Source: Leptospira sp.
GTDB taxonomy: Bacteria > Spirochaetota > Leptospiria > Leptospirales > Leptospiraceae
NCBI GenBank assembly: GCA_034439575.1
Contig: JAWXAQ010000012.1
Coordinates: 64,001-128,000, forward strand
Direction: 5' to 3'
DNA length: 64,000 bases
The translations under genes were made by a program, and so were the position numbers. This document shows, piece after piece, positions 21,672 through 31,746 of the stretch. Under the pieces are notes generated by a model that did no database searches, was not told where the DNA came from, and saw nothing but the letters and a program-made list of their open reading frames with translations. Position 1 is the first letter of the stretch. Each line of letters begins with the position of its first letter.

Positions 21672-22555
21672 ATTTTAGCTAAAATTTCTTTTGCAGTCAG
21701 TATGGCATCTCGGAATACGTTTTGAGGTGCCATTTCTATAATTGCGTAAGCGTATTGTTGCACTCTGCACTGAACTTTAAATACATTACCATTCCCTTTT
21801 TGATACGCCTCATATAATCGAATCATTTCCTTTAACCAAAGGTTCACTTCTTCTACTTGGGCCTTGGTTTCACAGGCAAAGATCCGGTAAGACCAAGCGA
21901 GAACGGGAACGTATTCACAAATATCTTCATCTTTCACTTGATCTTTTGCTTCTTCAATCAGTCGCCGTAGAGGTGGGTATTGGACAATTTCGTAAGGAAA
22001 GTGAGTTGGCTCTTCTAAAAATGCGTGTAGATAATGAATTTTTCCTTCTTTTTCACGCCCAGTCATACAATATGCTTCCGCTAAATAAAACTTGAGTTTG
22101 GTTGCGATTCTTTGCTTAGAATCGGAGTAGGGAAGAATCTCTAAGGCAGTTTTGTAATCTCCGATTTTAATCAGACAAATGGCAAGATCCGACATGGCAT
22201 CTGCATCTAAGGCATTCGCACCTTCCCATCGATAAGCTAATTTTAAATGATTTGAGGCTTCTTCTAGAATGCATCTAAGGCAAGTCGCATAGGCAATGGT
22301 GAGATGGATGTTTCTTTTTTTTGATTCTAATTCAAAAAGGGAAAAGTAATCAAGTAGGAGTTTTCCTCTTTCTTTGCCTTCCCTAGTTCGTAAAACAAGA
22401 TCTAGACGATTGTCCCAAAAACTCGCGACAAAATAACCGCTGATATAGTCTAGATCCTCCGGTTCTTTGTCCAATAAAACTGAATATAAAGACTTTGCTT
22501 TTTCAAATTCTCCTACAGCAAGTGATTGGAGAGCATCATCAGATTTATGAAACAT
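21668..22555 (-). CDS. TPR-like hypothetical protein
   Basis: Helical repeats such as LAICLIKIGDYKTALE and FYLAEAYCMTG. Confidence 0.6.
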   Translation of the reverse strand: MFHKSDDALQSLAVGEFEKAKSLYSVLLDKEPEDLDYISGYFVASFWDNRLDLVLRTREGKERGKLLLDYFSLFELESKKRNIHLTIAYATCLRCILEEASNHLKLAYRWEGANALDADAMSDLAICLIKIGDYKTALEILPYSDSKQRIATKLKFYLAEAYCMTGREKEGKIHYLHAFLEEPTHFPYEIVQYPPLRRLIEEAKDQVKDEDICEYVPVLAWSYRIFACETKAQVEEVNLWLKEMIRLYEAYQKGNGNVFKVQCRVQQYAYAIIEMAPQNVFRDAILTAKEILAKI

Positions 22556-22577
22556 AACCGGAGAACTTTTAATTTAT

Positions 22578-22865
22578 CTAATGGTGACTTTTTTTATCAT
22601 GCAGTTTACTAACTTGAGAAATGATTTTATCTTCAAGTCCATCTACACAAACATAGACATCCTTATTTTGATTATGAGCATTGAAATGATTTCCATCTGC
22701 ATTTAGGTTGAGATTTGCATGAATTTCTCCGTGTATGCTCTCGAATGATACATCACAAGTGATTACTTTTTGCACAAACTTTGTAACGCGTTCTAATTTC
22801 TCATTGCAATAGGTTTCTGCCGCTTCGGATCGATCTAAATGTTTCCAAGTGTATTTTATTTTCAT
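22578..22865 (-). CDS. hpf: Ribosome hibernation promoting factor (short HPF/RaiA family)
   Basis: KHLDRSEAAETYCNEKLERVTKF and DVYVCVDGLEDKI. AAGGA SD lies before the ATG at 22865. Confidence 0.85.
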   Translation of the reverse strand: MKIKYTWKHLDRSEAAETYCNEKLERVTKFVQKVITCDVSFESIHGEIHANLNLNADGNHFNAHNQNKDVYVCVDGLEDKIISQVSKLHDKKSHH

Positions 22866-22882
22866 AATGTCCTTTCTAAGAG

Positions 22883-22910
22883 ATAATATTAATAAAAAAA
22901 ATCGAGTCAA
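22883..22910 (-). promoter_or_regulatory. Candidate sigma70 promoter of hpf
   Basis: Minus strand reads TTGACT-N16-TATTAT just upstream of the SD. Confidence 0.55.
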
Positions 22911-22992
22911 ATAAAAAAGAATTGAAGGAGCTTATTACCTAGATCATGACTAAAGGGTGTATTCGCATATTTCATGCTAGGATTTAAAACTT

Positions 22993-23685
22993 ATGGCCGA
23001 AGAAGATTCAAAAAAAGCATCTGCAAAAAAAAAGACCCTTGCGCCTAAAGCTCCAGCAAAGAAAAAGGCGATCGCAAAGGTCGATGAATTAGCCATTACA
23101 AAGCCTATTAAAATCTTCGAAGATCCTAAATTTACTAAACCTGCACATTCAACCGATCGTGATATTGTAAAGATTCTAGCTCGCAATCCACTAGAAGCCT
23201 TCGTATTTTGGAAGGTTCATCCCGAACACTTTGACCAATTGGTAAAAGACTTTTCAGCAGGTCATACATCCGAAATTCAACTCAAACTTAAGTTAGAGTA
23301 TATAAATCATGCGGGGAAACCAGAAACGTCTTGGTATGATTTAGCTCCCATGACAAAGTCATATTTTTGCAAATTTCCAGGACCTGTCAGCCAAATGCGC
23401 GCTTATCTTTATGCGAACCACTTTGGAAATTTAAAATTATTTTTGGAAACGGGGGACGGGGATCTTCCGCCTGGGATCGAATCATATCAGTTAGATGGAG
23501 ATTGGATTCATCCTAAATGGATAGAAGACGGACTGGTGGTACAAAGTAAAAAAGGGGAGTGGCTTTTTTCCGATTCAATGGATCATACCGAGAGAGTATG
23601 GAACGATTTAGAAAACCAAAAACTAAGTTATAACGGATCATCAAATCCTAGTTCTCATTCTTCCTCTAAGGCTACTCGTAAATGA
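22993..23685 (+). CDS. DUF4912-domain protein with Lys/Ala-rich N-terminus
   Basis: ILARNPLEAFVFW motif. ATGA-coupled to GH57, which is the usual pairing for this family. Confidence 0.75.
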   Translation: MAEEDSKKASAKKKTLAPKAPAKKKAIAKVDELAITKPIKIFEDPKFTKPAHSTDRDIVKILARNPLEAFVFWKVHPEHFDQLVKDFSAGHTSEIQLKLKLEYINHAGKPETSWYDLAPMTKSYFCKFPGPVSQMRAYLYANHFGNLKLFLETGDGDLPPGIESYQLDGDWIHPKWIEDGLVVQSKKGEWLFSDSMDHTERVWNDLENQKLSYNGSSNPSSHSSSKATRK

Positions 23686-25271
23686 AAGACACTCGCGGTT
23701 ATCTCGTTTTTATGTTACACGCCCATTTGCCCTTTGTAAGGCATCCGGGATATGATAAACCTTTTATCGAAGAAAATTGGTTAAACGAAGCTATCTTAGA
23801 AACATACATTCCTCTCATTCGTGTATTTAAGAATTTAAAAGCGGAAAATGTTCCTTTTAAAATCACAATGTCTTTTACTCCTTCTTTATCATCAATGTTA
23901 GTTGATAATTATTTACAGGAAAAATTTCGAACCTATATCAATAACCTGATTTTACTGGCAAAACAAGAAACCAAACGCACAGACTTTGACCCGCATTTAA
24001 ATTATCTTTCACATAAATACTTGGCTCACTTCGAAAGTACAAAGGATATATTTGAAGAAACTGGTGGGGATCTCACAAAACAATTGATTCCCTTTTTGGA
24101 ATCTGGAAATCTAGAGATCATCACGAGTCCCGCAACACATGGATTTTTGCCTTTTTATGAATCCGAACCAAGTATAGTTCGTTCTCAACTAAGAAATGGT
24201 AGGCGGACTTTTCGGCGCATTTGGGGAAGAGATCCAAAAGGCATTTGGTTATCTGAATCAGGATTTTTTCCTGGTCTGGAAGACGCCTTGGATGCAGAAG
24301 GGTTTCGTTATTTTTTTGTGGATACTCACGGAGTGACACATTCAGAACCTAGACCCAAGTTTGGAGTCTATGCGCCTGTCGAAGTAGGACATGGCATATT
24401 CGCTTTCGGTCGTGATCCAGAAAGTTCAAGGCAAGTCTGGAGTTCTATTGATGGTTACCCAGGTGACTTTCGTTATCGGGAATATTACCGTGATATCGGT
24501 CATGATTTAGAATATGATTATATCAAAGAATTTTTAAATTCCAATGGCATTCGTATCAATACAGGAATGAAATACCATCGTATAACGGGTCGCTCATCTT
24601 ATAAAGAATACTATCAACCTGATTGGGCAATGGAAGCTTGTGGCCAACATGCCGATGATTTTTTAAAGAATCGCATCCGCCAAGCAGAGTGGTTATACGC
24701 ACAAAACAAACAAGCTGGAGTGATTGTATCTCCATATGACGCAGAGTTATATGGACATTGGTGGTATGAGGGTCCTCAGTTCATTGAATTTTTATTTAAA
24801 AAAATCCATTATGACCAAACAACAATTCAATTAGCACATCCCTTAGAAGTCATACGACTTCTCCCGCGCATTCAATCGGTAAAGATGAAGATGTCTAGTT
24901 GGGGCGAAGATGGTTATGGGGATGTCTGGCTCAATGCAACTAATGATTGGATTTATGAGCACATATTTACACTTTCTATAGAAATGCAGGAATTAGCCCA
25001 TAAGTACAAGGATGAAAAAGATCCATTGATACAGAGAGTTTTGAAACAAATGGGAAGGGAATTATTACTCCTTCAAAGTTCAGATTGGGCGTTCATTATG
25101 AAAACAGGAACCATGGTGGATTATGCTGTCCGCAGAACTAACGTTCATACAAATGTTTTTATGCATTTAAAAGAAATGTTGGTAAATGGGAAAATTAGTG
25201 AAGAAGAATTACTCGCGATTGAGACAGAAAATAATATTTTTCCAGACATTCAATTAGCAGATTTTGCCTAA
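23682..25271 (+). CDS. Glycoside hydrolase family 57, glucan branching-enzyme type (DUF1957 C-terminus)
   Basis: LHAHLPFVRHP, EAILETYIPL, GIWLSESG, PYDAELYGHWWYEG, LLLQSSDWAFIM. Confidence 0.95.
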   Translation: MKDTRGYLVFMLHAHLPFVRHPGYDKPFIEENWLNEAILETYIPLIRVFKNLKAENVPFKITMSFTPSLSSMLVDNYLQEKFRTYINNLILLAKQETKRTDFDPHLNYLSHKYLAHFESTKDIFEETGGDLTKQLIPFLESGNLEIITSPATHGFLPFYESEPSIVRSQLRNGRRTFRRIWGRDPKGIWLSESGFFPGLEDALDAEGFRYFFVDTHGVTHSEPRPKFGVYAPVEVGHGIFAFGRDPESSRQVWSSIDGYPGDFRYREYYRDIGHDLEYDYIKEFLNSNGIRINTGMKYHRITGRSSYKEYYQPDWAMEACGQHADDFLKNRIRQAEWLYAQNKQAGVIVSPYDAELYGHWWYEGPQFIEFLFKKIHYDQTTIQLAHPLEVIRLLPRIQSVKMKMSSWGEDGYGDVWLNATNDWIYEHIFTLSIEMQELAHKYKDEKDPLIQRVLKQMGRELLLLQSSDWAFIMKTGTMVDYAVRRTNVHTNVFMHLKEMLVNGKISEEELLAIETENNIFPDIQLADFA

Positions 25272-25348
25272 TTTAGAATAATTCTAATTTTATTCTCTTG
25301 CTAAATTTCTTTGGCTTTTGGAATCTGGTACTGACAGGGAGGAATTCC

Positions 25349-25558
25349 ATGAAATTGTTTTTTAGTTTTCCTTATGTGCTCGTGCTCTCTTTACTCGTGA
25401 TTAATTTTTGGGTTTGTAGTTTTGCCCATAGAGAAAAAACAGAAGGCCCTTTTCGCTTGGGAGAATCTATCATTCGCTATGGAGAAGAACTAGAGCGAAA
25501 TGAAAAATCTAGCCCCATTATATTTGGCCAATCGGATACAAGCGGAACCCTTCTTTAA
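25349..25558 (+). CDS. Small exported or membrane-anchored hypothetical protein (69 aa)
   Basis: GGGAGG SD before the ATG at 25349; hydrophobic N-terminus. Confidence 0.6.
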   Translation: MKLFFSFPYVLVLSLLVINFWVCSFAHREKTEGPFRLGESIIRYGEELERNEKSSPIIFGQSDTSGTLL

Positions 25559-25620
25559 ACAAAGACCTTAAATTGTAGTTGGGTTCCCTTAAGAGTTATA
25601 TTTGTCTAGGGACAATTCTT

Positions 25621-26076
25621 TTACTTCGGTTTGAAGTCCACATTGTCCCAATAGTCATTGCCATAATCAAAAAATATTTCTTCACCTTCGTTTATCTTTT
25701 TTAATACTTTGAATCTTGCTGTCTTCCATCTGACGGAAGTTACAAGTTCAGCATTTGGTTTTTCTGAATGATTGATAAAACGTGTATAATTTGATTCTTT
25801 TCCTTCACCATAAATCCACCAATCTTTGCAGATCCATAATAAATATTTAGAATCAACATATTTTGGAGACTCAGCATCCTCATCAGTTATGATGCGGCCC
25901 ATATAATATCCAACTGTATCGCCCTTATATAATGTTTGTTTTGTGAAAAGACCCATCCCGATTCCCGGTATAGAAGAGGGTTTTACTATGAAATCTTTTT
26001 CTGAATAGATGACTGGTTTTCTTTTTATTACCTTCTTCTTATTCTTTTTTTTAGGGCTAACTTTCTTCTTTTTCAT
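25621..26076 (-). CDS. SET-domain protein-lysine methyltransferase with Lys-rich N-terminal tail
   Basis: [21 protein letters not shown]. No post-SET Cys motif. Confidence 0.92.
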   Translation of the reverse strand: MKKKKVSPKKKNKKKVIKRKPVIYSEKDFIVKPSSIPGIGMGLFTKQTLYKGDTVGYYMGRIITDEDAESPKYVDSKYLLWICKDWWIYGEGKESNYTRFINHSEKPNAELVTSVRWKTARFKVLKKINEGEEIFFDYGNDYWDNVDFKPK

Positions 26077-26176
26077 GCGTATAGGACATAACATGGAACC
26101 ATTTCTAGTTTGTAAAGCGATTGAGATTTAAGATTGATATGCAAGCGAACCGATCTTTGCCTTTAGAGGATCATTT

Positions 26177-26326
26177 ATGTTACAAAGTTCAAATTCAGCG
26201 GCCGTGAAAAGTAATGTGATTAATTTAGCTTTGTATCGTGCAAAAAAGGCTCTCGAAAAAGACGGATTCGAAGTAGTAGAAGACCGAGAAGGAAAAATTG
26301 CACTCGTCATTCGTCTTGCGAAATAA
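26177..26326 (+). CDS. Small 49-aa hypothetical protein (not in ORF track)
   Basis: AGAGGA SD at 26165-26170, ATG at 26177, TAA at 26324-26326. Translation: MLQSSNSAAVKSNVINLALYRAKKALEKDGFEVVEDREGKIALVIRLAK. Confidence 0.7.
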   Translation: MLQSSNSAAVKSNVINLALYRAKKALEKDGFEVVEDREGKIALVIRLAK

Positions 26327-26350
26327 GATAGCTCTAGGAAAGTGGAAATC

Positions 26351-26824
26351 ATGGCAGTGCAAAAATTGGAAGGCTCTCGGATCGGAAATGGACAAAAACA
26401 TTGTGTCATCGTTTCTAAGTTTAATGAATTTATAACTGAAAGTTTACTAAAGGGGGCACTGGATGCCTTTCGTCAACATGGTGTGTCTGAATCTGATGTG
26501 ACTATCATATATGTACCAGGTGCCTTTGAACTACCAGCCACAGTTTCAAAAGTATTGAACTCAAAAAAATATTCTTTTTCCTCAGTCATCTGTTTGGGTG
26601 CCGTGATTCGTGGTGCCACTTCACATTATGATTTGGTTGCAGGGGAAGCCGCAAAAGTCGGAGCACTTTCTATTTCGACCCAAACTCCTGTTATTTTTGG
26701 CGTGATTACTACGGAAACCATTGAACAAGCAATCGAACGAGCTGGTACTAAGGCCGGAAACAAGGGTTACGAAGCCGCAACCACTGCGATCGAAATGGCA
26801 AATCTCTTTAAAGAGATCGGATGA
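26351..26824 (+). CDS. ribH: 6,7-dimethyl-8-ribityllumazine synthase
   Basis: [40 protein letters not shown]. Confidence 0.97.
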   Translation: MAVQKLEGSRIGNGQKHCVIVSKFNEFITESLLKGALDAFRQHGVSESDVTIIYVPGAFELPATVSKVLNSKKYSFSSVICLGAVIRGATSHYDLVAGEAAKVGALSISTQTPVIFGVITTETIEQAIERAGTKAGNKGYEAATTAIEMANLFKEIG

Positions 26825-27270
26825 GTAGCAGACATAGAGGCAGATCTCTTGCCCTAATGTGCCTCTACCAAATTGATTTGGTAGGAACCGATCCAGACCG
26901 AGCGATGAAATTCGACTGGTATGACAAAAAAATCACCAAAGATGAAAAGGAATACGCCGTCTTTCTTGTGAAAGGAGTGGTGGAAAAGCGAGCTTTGATC
27001 GATAATCTAATCAAGAAGTATTCCGAGAACTGGGAATTATCGCGGATCTCCGTGGTGAATCGTTGCATTCTTCGGTTGTCGATCTTGAGTTTGCAAAAGG
27101 AACCCTTCCTTGCGGGGCCTGTTGTTATCAACGAGGCAGTTGAGTTAACGAAAGAATTCGAAACGGAGGAGTCAGCACATTTCATCAACGGTTTGTTAGA
27201 TGCATTCTACAAAAAAGAGATCTTAGCGAAACAAAAGCTAGGTGAGAATGGACCCGATCCAAAAAAATAG
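26821..27270 (+). CDS. nusB: Transcription antitermination factor NusB
   Basis: [34 protein letters not shown]. Follows ribH. Confidence 0.96.
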   Translation: MSSRHRGRSLALMCLYQIDLVGTDPDRAMKFDWYDKKITKDEKEYAVFLVKGVVEKRALIDNLIKKYSENWELSRISVVNRCILRLSILSLQKEPFLAGPVVINEAVELTKEFETEESAHFINGLLDAFYKKEILAKQKLGENGPDPKK

Positions 27271-29362
27271 ATTTAGATTTGAAGACGACTACAAAAGTTC
27301 TCAACCAAGTTATTACAAGGAAGACCCATATTTACGTAGGCTTGATGAAAAAGAACAAGAATCTACTTACGCATCACGTAATGAAACAAACAAACCTGTT
27401 CTAAATTTTCTATTTTGGGCAACTCTTATCATTTTACTTGCTGTTGTATGTACAGGAGCAGTATACTATTTTTACTACTATAAAAAAACAAATCCAGATA
27501 TGGTGGCAAGGTCTCTGCCAAACATTTCCGGTGATAAAAAGTCTCTCGAACTTTTATTAGATAAATCCTATCTTCCAAAAGATTCTGTAAATCCAGGTCT
27601 TGCCAATTGTTTAAACTCATATTATGATCGTTATGTGAATAAGGCTTTTCGTGTTTGTGAAGAGTTTTTAAATACGCCTGGAACCGATGAAGATAAATCC
27701 ATTGCCCTTACTGTAATCGGTGTGATGTTTGATGAAGCGGGAAGATACACAAGTGCTATCGAAAGATTAGAGAAGGCAAGTCAATATGATCAAAAAAATT
27801 ATTTTGCATATTATAATTTAGCTCTAGCATTTAAACATTCTGGAAAATTTGAAGAAGCACGCAAAGCGGCCGCTAAAGCAAAAGAGATCGCTCCCAATGA
27901 TGCAAGAATCGCCTTATTAACTGGAAATCTCTACCAAGAGATCGGTGATCCGAAAGCGGCCATCGAAGCATATAAAGAAGGGCAATCTTTGGCACCGAGT
28001 GATCCTGTCCTCACTTACAATTTAGCGATCAGTTATTATAAAGATGGCAAAATACCAGAGGCGATTGAAGAATTTCAAAAAGTGATACAAGTCGCCCCAA
28101 ACTCTAATGCGGCTGCTCTCGCCTATGGTCACTTAGGCTCTATTTATTATGCTAGAGAAGATTATGATAGATCCGAATATTTTTTTCGCGAAGTTAGTCG
28201 CCTTAAACCAAGCGATGCTAAAAACTATTACAACTTAGGCCTTATACAATTAAAGAAAAAGAATTCCGAGGAAGCCGCACGTTATTTTCAAAAAGCCTTG
28301 GATTCAGGGGCCAATGAGCCAGAAGTATATAGATATATCTCTGAGGCCTTTGTTTCTATGGGGCAAAGTTCGCTTGCGATCCAAGCTTTAAAAAAAGCCC
28401 TAATCCTAAAACCAAATGATATTGATTCACTCTTTGCACTCTCTGAGTTGTATTATAAAAAGGGTGAGTTAGTGGAGGCTGAAGGACTTTTCAGAAGAAT
28501 CATTCGCCTAACTCCTGGGGATGCTTATTCGGAAACAGCATATGTGAATTTAGGCATTATACTTGATGAAATGGAAAGATTTGGGGATTCCATCGAAGCT
28601 TTTGAAGCGGCGATTGCCCTCAATCCCAAAAACCAATCTGCAAGGTATAACTTGGGTTTGGCGTATTTACATGCAGGTATGCCAACAAAAGCCATTGAGA
28701 GTTTAAGGAAATCTACAGCCATAGATCCAAATCATATTCCAAGTCGGCTTGCCATTGCTGATTATTATTTAGAAAATAAATATTTCCGTGAAGCCATATC
28801 TGAGTATGAAGAAGTATTGTCCGAAAAATCGGAAGTAAATGAAGCCAGACTAAAATTAGCAGAAGCTTATATTCAAAATAAAAATTTTGAAGCGGCAGAA
28901 AAACATTTGGTCTTTGTCTTAAATCATTCCCGTGACGGAAAAGAAATCAAATTAGCACATCGAAAATTGGCACTTACGTATGCCGCAAACGGAAATAGCG
29001 GATCTTCGAATAAAGCCAAAGAAGAAGCATTTAGGGCATCGCATATTGATCCAGAAGATATGGAATCAAAATTGGTATTATCAAAAATTTTAATTGATAC
29101 AGGTTCATTAGTTGATAGAGAAAAAGCAATTGATGAATTGAATGTGATCATTCGTTCTGATGTGGCACCGACTCTCCTTGCAAAAGCTCATAATTATTTG
29201 GGTGTTTGTTATTTCAAAAATGGTGAATTCAAACGTGCTATGAGTGAATTTCAAATGGCAGTCGATATTTCACCTAGTCTAACAGAAGCATACGAAAATA
29301 AAAGAGCGGCTAGGGCACAGTATGAAAAATCTTTAGAATCAAAAAAACGGACTTATTTTTGA
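27248..29362 (+). CDS. Membrane-anchored multi-TPR protein
   Basis: N-terminal TM followed by many TPRs (AYYNLALA, AYVNLGII, ARYNLGLAY, AHNYLGVCY). Confidence 0.9.
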   Translation: MDPIQKNRFRFEDDYKSSQPSYYKEDPYLRRLDEKEQESTYASRNETNKPVLNFLFWATLIILLAVVCTGAVYYFYYYKKTNPDMVARSLPNISGDKKSLELLLDKSYLPKDSVNPGLANCLNSYYDRYVNKAFRVCEEFLNTPGTDEDKSIALTVIGVMFDEAGRYTSAIERLEKASQYDQKNYFAYYNLALAFKHSGKFEEARKAAAKAKEIAPNDARIALLTGNLYQEIGDPKAAIEAYKEGQSLAPSDPVLTYNLAISYYKDGKIPEAIEEFQKVIQVAPNSNAAALAYGHLGSIYYAREDYDRSEYFFREVSRLKPSDAKNYYNLGLIQLKKKNSEEAARYFQKALDSGANEPEVYRYISEAFVSMGQSSLAIQALKKALILKPNDIDSLFALSELYYKKGELVEAEGLFRRIIRLTPGDAYSETAYVNLGIILDEMERFGDSIEAFEAAIALNPKNQSARYNLGLAYLHAGMPTKAIESLRKSTAIDPNHIPSRLAIADYYLENKYFREAISEYEEVLSEKSEVNEARLKLAEAYIQNKNFEAAEKHLVFVLNHSRDGKEIKLAHRKLALTYAANGNSGSSNKAKEEAFRASHIDPEDMESKLVLSKILIDTGSLVDREKAIDELNVIIRSDVAPTLLAKAHNYLGVCYFKNGEFKRAMSEFQMAVDISPSLTEAYENKRAARAQYEKSLESKKRTYF

Positions 29363-30159
29363 ATCTTTTTGATTTTGTCCCACATCCGGTTTTTCCGGAA
29401 ACGTATCATATTTGCAAACAAACTGGAATCTTAAAATATCTTTTAGCCGAAAACAGAGTTTATGGTGAATCCTATTTTATGGAAGAGTACCAAGCTCAGT
29501 ACAAAAAAACTTATTACGAGGATGAGAAAAATCTACGCAGTATGGCCGTTAGACGTCTAGGGGTGATTCAGGACTTTTTTAATTCGACTTTAGTAAATAA
29601 ATCGTTATTAGAAATTGGATCTGCCGCAGGTTTTTTTTTGGATGAAGCAAAAAAACTTGGTTTCCAAACGAAGGGATATGAACTATCAGCGAATGAAGTT
29701 GAATATTCTAAAAACAAACTAAAGTTAGATGTAGAAAAAAAATCAATACTCGATATAACGACTTCCACTTATACAAATTCGTTTGATGTCATCGCAGCAT
29801 TTTTTGTCGTAGAACATATATCTGAAATAGAAGCCTTGTGGGAAAGATTCGGTACTTGGTTAAAGACTGGTGGAGTAATTTATTTAGCAGTTCCCAGTTT
29901 TTTTGGTCCGACATTTAAAACCAATCCAAACGAATGGTTTCGCACTCACCCCAAAGATCACTTTTATGACTACGATCTTGGTTCTTTGAAAAAACTCTTG
30001 TCAAACCTTGGCTTTCATTTGAGATATGCTAGACCCATGTCTTATCACCCGAAACGGGATCTAGGTCTACGCGGGAGTCTTCCCGACTGGGCTTACAGAT
30101 TTTATTCCAATCTGACTTGCTATGGTGACACTATAGAAGTTGCGTTTCAAAAAAAATAA
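29359..30159 (+). CDS. Class I SAM-dependent methyltransferase
   Basis: LLEIGSAAGFFL, FDVIAAFFVVEHI, LKTGG. Confidence 0.9.
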   Translation: MNLFDFVPHPVFPETYHICKQTGILKYLLAENRVYGESYFMEEYQAQYKKTYYEDEKNLRSMAVRRLGVIQDFFNSTLVNKSLLEIGSAAGFFLDEAKKLGFQTKGYELSANEVEYSKNKLKLDVEKKSILDITTSTYTNSFDVIAAFFVVEHISEIEALWERFGTWLKTGGVIYLAVPSFFGPTFKTNPNEWFRTHPKDHFYDYDLGSLKKLLSNLGFHLRYARPMSYHPKRDLGLRGSLPDWAYRFYSNLTCYGDTIEVAFQKK

Positions 30160-30162
30160 ATT

Positions 30163-31746
30163 ATGAAATTTACCGAATTACCATTCCACGAATCCATTCA
30201 GAAAGCCTTAGATAAAATCGGTTATTCTGAACTCACTCCTATCCAAACAAAAGCGATCCCCTTTGCCATGGAAGGTAAAGATGTTACTGGACTTGCCCAG
30301 ACTGGAACTGGCAAGACGATGGCGTTTTTACTTCCCACCTTGCACCGGTTACTTTCTAGCGAAGAAGTAGAACCATTGCCATATGCTCTTGTGCTTGCCC
30401 CGACAAGAGAGCTCACAATACAAATTGGCGAGGAGGCAAAAAAACTTTTACAATTCACAGACTATGGTGTCGCTACTATCATTGGTGGTACAGATTACCG
30501 TTCCCAAGAAGAAGCATTAGGAAACAAAGCTTGCATCATTGTTGCGACTCCAGGAAGACTCATTGATTTTGTGAAAAATCACGGATTATCTTTGGATGCG
30601 ATCAAAGTTGTGATCTTAGATGAAGCTGATAGAATGTTTGATATGGGATTTGTTATGGATCTCAAATATATTTTTCATAAATGTAAAAACAGAAAACAAA
30701 GTTTATTGTTCAGTGCTACTCTGAGTTATGAAGTAGTTCGACTTGCCAGTAAATATTTGATTGATCCGATCGAAGTTCATATCAATCCAGAAAAAGTAAT
30801 CACAGAACGTATAGATCAAACTTTGTTACACTTAGGAAGAGATGAAAAACTTCCTTATCTCGTCAATTCATTGTTAAACTATCCCATCGAAGGTCTAGGA
30901 ATCATTTTTACAAATTACAAAATGAACATTCCAAAGATTGTTGCCTGTTTGCGTAAATTCGGAATCACAGCAACTGGTTTATCTTCTGAACTAGACCAAA
31001 AAAAACGAATACGTTTGTTACGCGACTTCAAAGCTGGCAAATATAAATATCTGATTGCTACAGATGTTGCCTCTCGTGGAATCGATATTGAAAATATTGA
31101 TGTAGTTTATAATTATGATCTTCCGCAAGACGCTGAAAATTATGTGCATAGAATTGGACGAACTGCACGTGCGGGGAGAAAGGGAAGTTCCATTGGATTT
31201 TGTTCAGAGTCAGACTATACTGAGCTTGAAAGAATTGAAAAATATTTAAATTCAAAATTGCCAGTAGCAGAAGTTAACGATTCTTATTTGGAATTTCCAA
31301 AAGGTGAATTTACCCCAGTTTTTCCAGAAGAAGTCATACCTGGCGAAAAGAAATACTCCGACAGGGAGAGAGGTGGCAAACGGGACAAACCCAGTCGCGC
31401 AGGTCGTTCTGAAGGTCGTGATACCGCAAGAGACAGGGATCGTAAAAAACCTCAGCATCCACCGGCTAAAATGGCGCACCCACATCATGTTGAGGGGCAT
31501 ACCCATCCGCATTCCAAATCCGAAAGACCGAAGTCCGATGAATCAAGATCGGCAAAAAAACACAATGATAAAGCGCCGCAGAAAAAGCACCACAAAACAC
31601 CTAACCAGGATAAAAACACTCAAAACAAGTCAACCAATCCAAACGATCCTAGAAGAAATCTTTTTAACAAGGATGTAGAAAAAAATTCTAATAAAAAGAA
31701 AAAATCACTTTGGAAAAAGATCATTTCCATTTTCAAAAAAGATTAA
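30163..31746 (+). CDS. DEAD-box RNA helicase (RhlB-like) with long basic/His-rich C-terminal tail
   Basis: Q motif, AQTGTGKT, PTREL, TPGRL, DEAD, SAT, HRIGRTAR. Confidence 0.96.
   Translation: MKFTELPFHESIQKALDKIGYSELTPIQTKAIPFAMEGKDVTGLAQTGTGKTMAFLLPTLHRLLSSEEVEPLPYALVLAPTRELTIQIGEEAKKLLQFTDYGVATIIGGTDYRSQEEALGNKACIIVATPGRLIDFVKNHGLSLDAIKVVILDEADRMFDMGFVMDLKYIFHKCKNRKQSLLFSATLSYEVVRLASKYLIDPIEVHINPEKVITERIDQTLLHLGRDEKLPYLVNSLLNYPIEGLGIIFTNYKMNIPKIVACLRKFGITATGLSSELDQKKRIRLLRDFKAGKYKYLIATDVASRGIDIENIDVVYNYDLPQDAENYVHRIGRTARAGRKGSSIGFCSESDYTELERIEKYLNSKLPVAEVNDSYLEFPKGEFTPVFPEEVIPGEKKYSDRERGGKRDKPSRAGRSEGRDTARDRDRKKPQHPPAKMAHPHHVEGHTHPHSKSERPKSDESRSAKKHNDKAPQKKHHKTPNQDKNTQNKSTNPNDPRRNLFNKDVEKNSNKKKKSLWKKIISIFKKD

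Noticed and set aside
22993-25271. DUF4912 plus GH57 pair as a novel system
   Set aside because: This is a commonly seen gene pair linked to alpha-glucan metabolism. Nothing unusual is visible here.
25602-25615. TTGTC-TAGG-GACAA hairpin as a terminator between convergent genes
   Set aside because: The 5-bp stem is too weak and there is no clear U-tract.
26128-26409. 93-aa minus-strand ORF in the track
   Set aside because: It is antisense to ribH and to the 49-aa plus-strand ORF, which has a clear SD.
31304-31678. 124-aa alternative-frame ORF within the helicase tail
   Set aside because: Explained by low-complexity, stop-poor sequence. No SD or recognisable motif.
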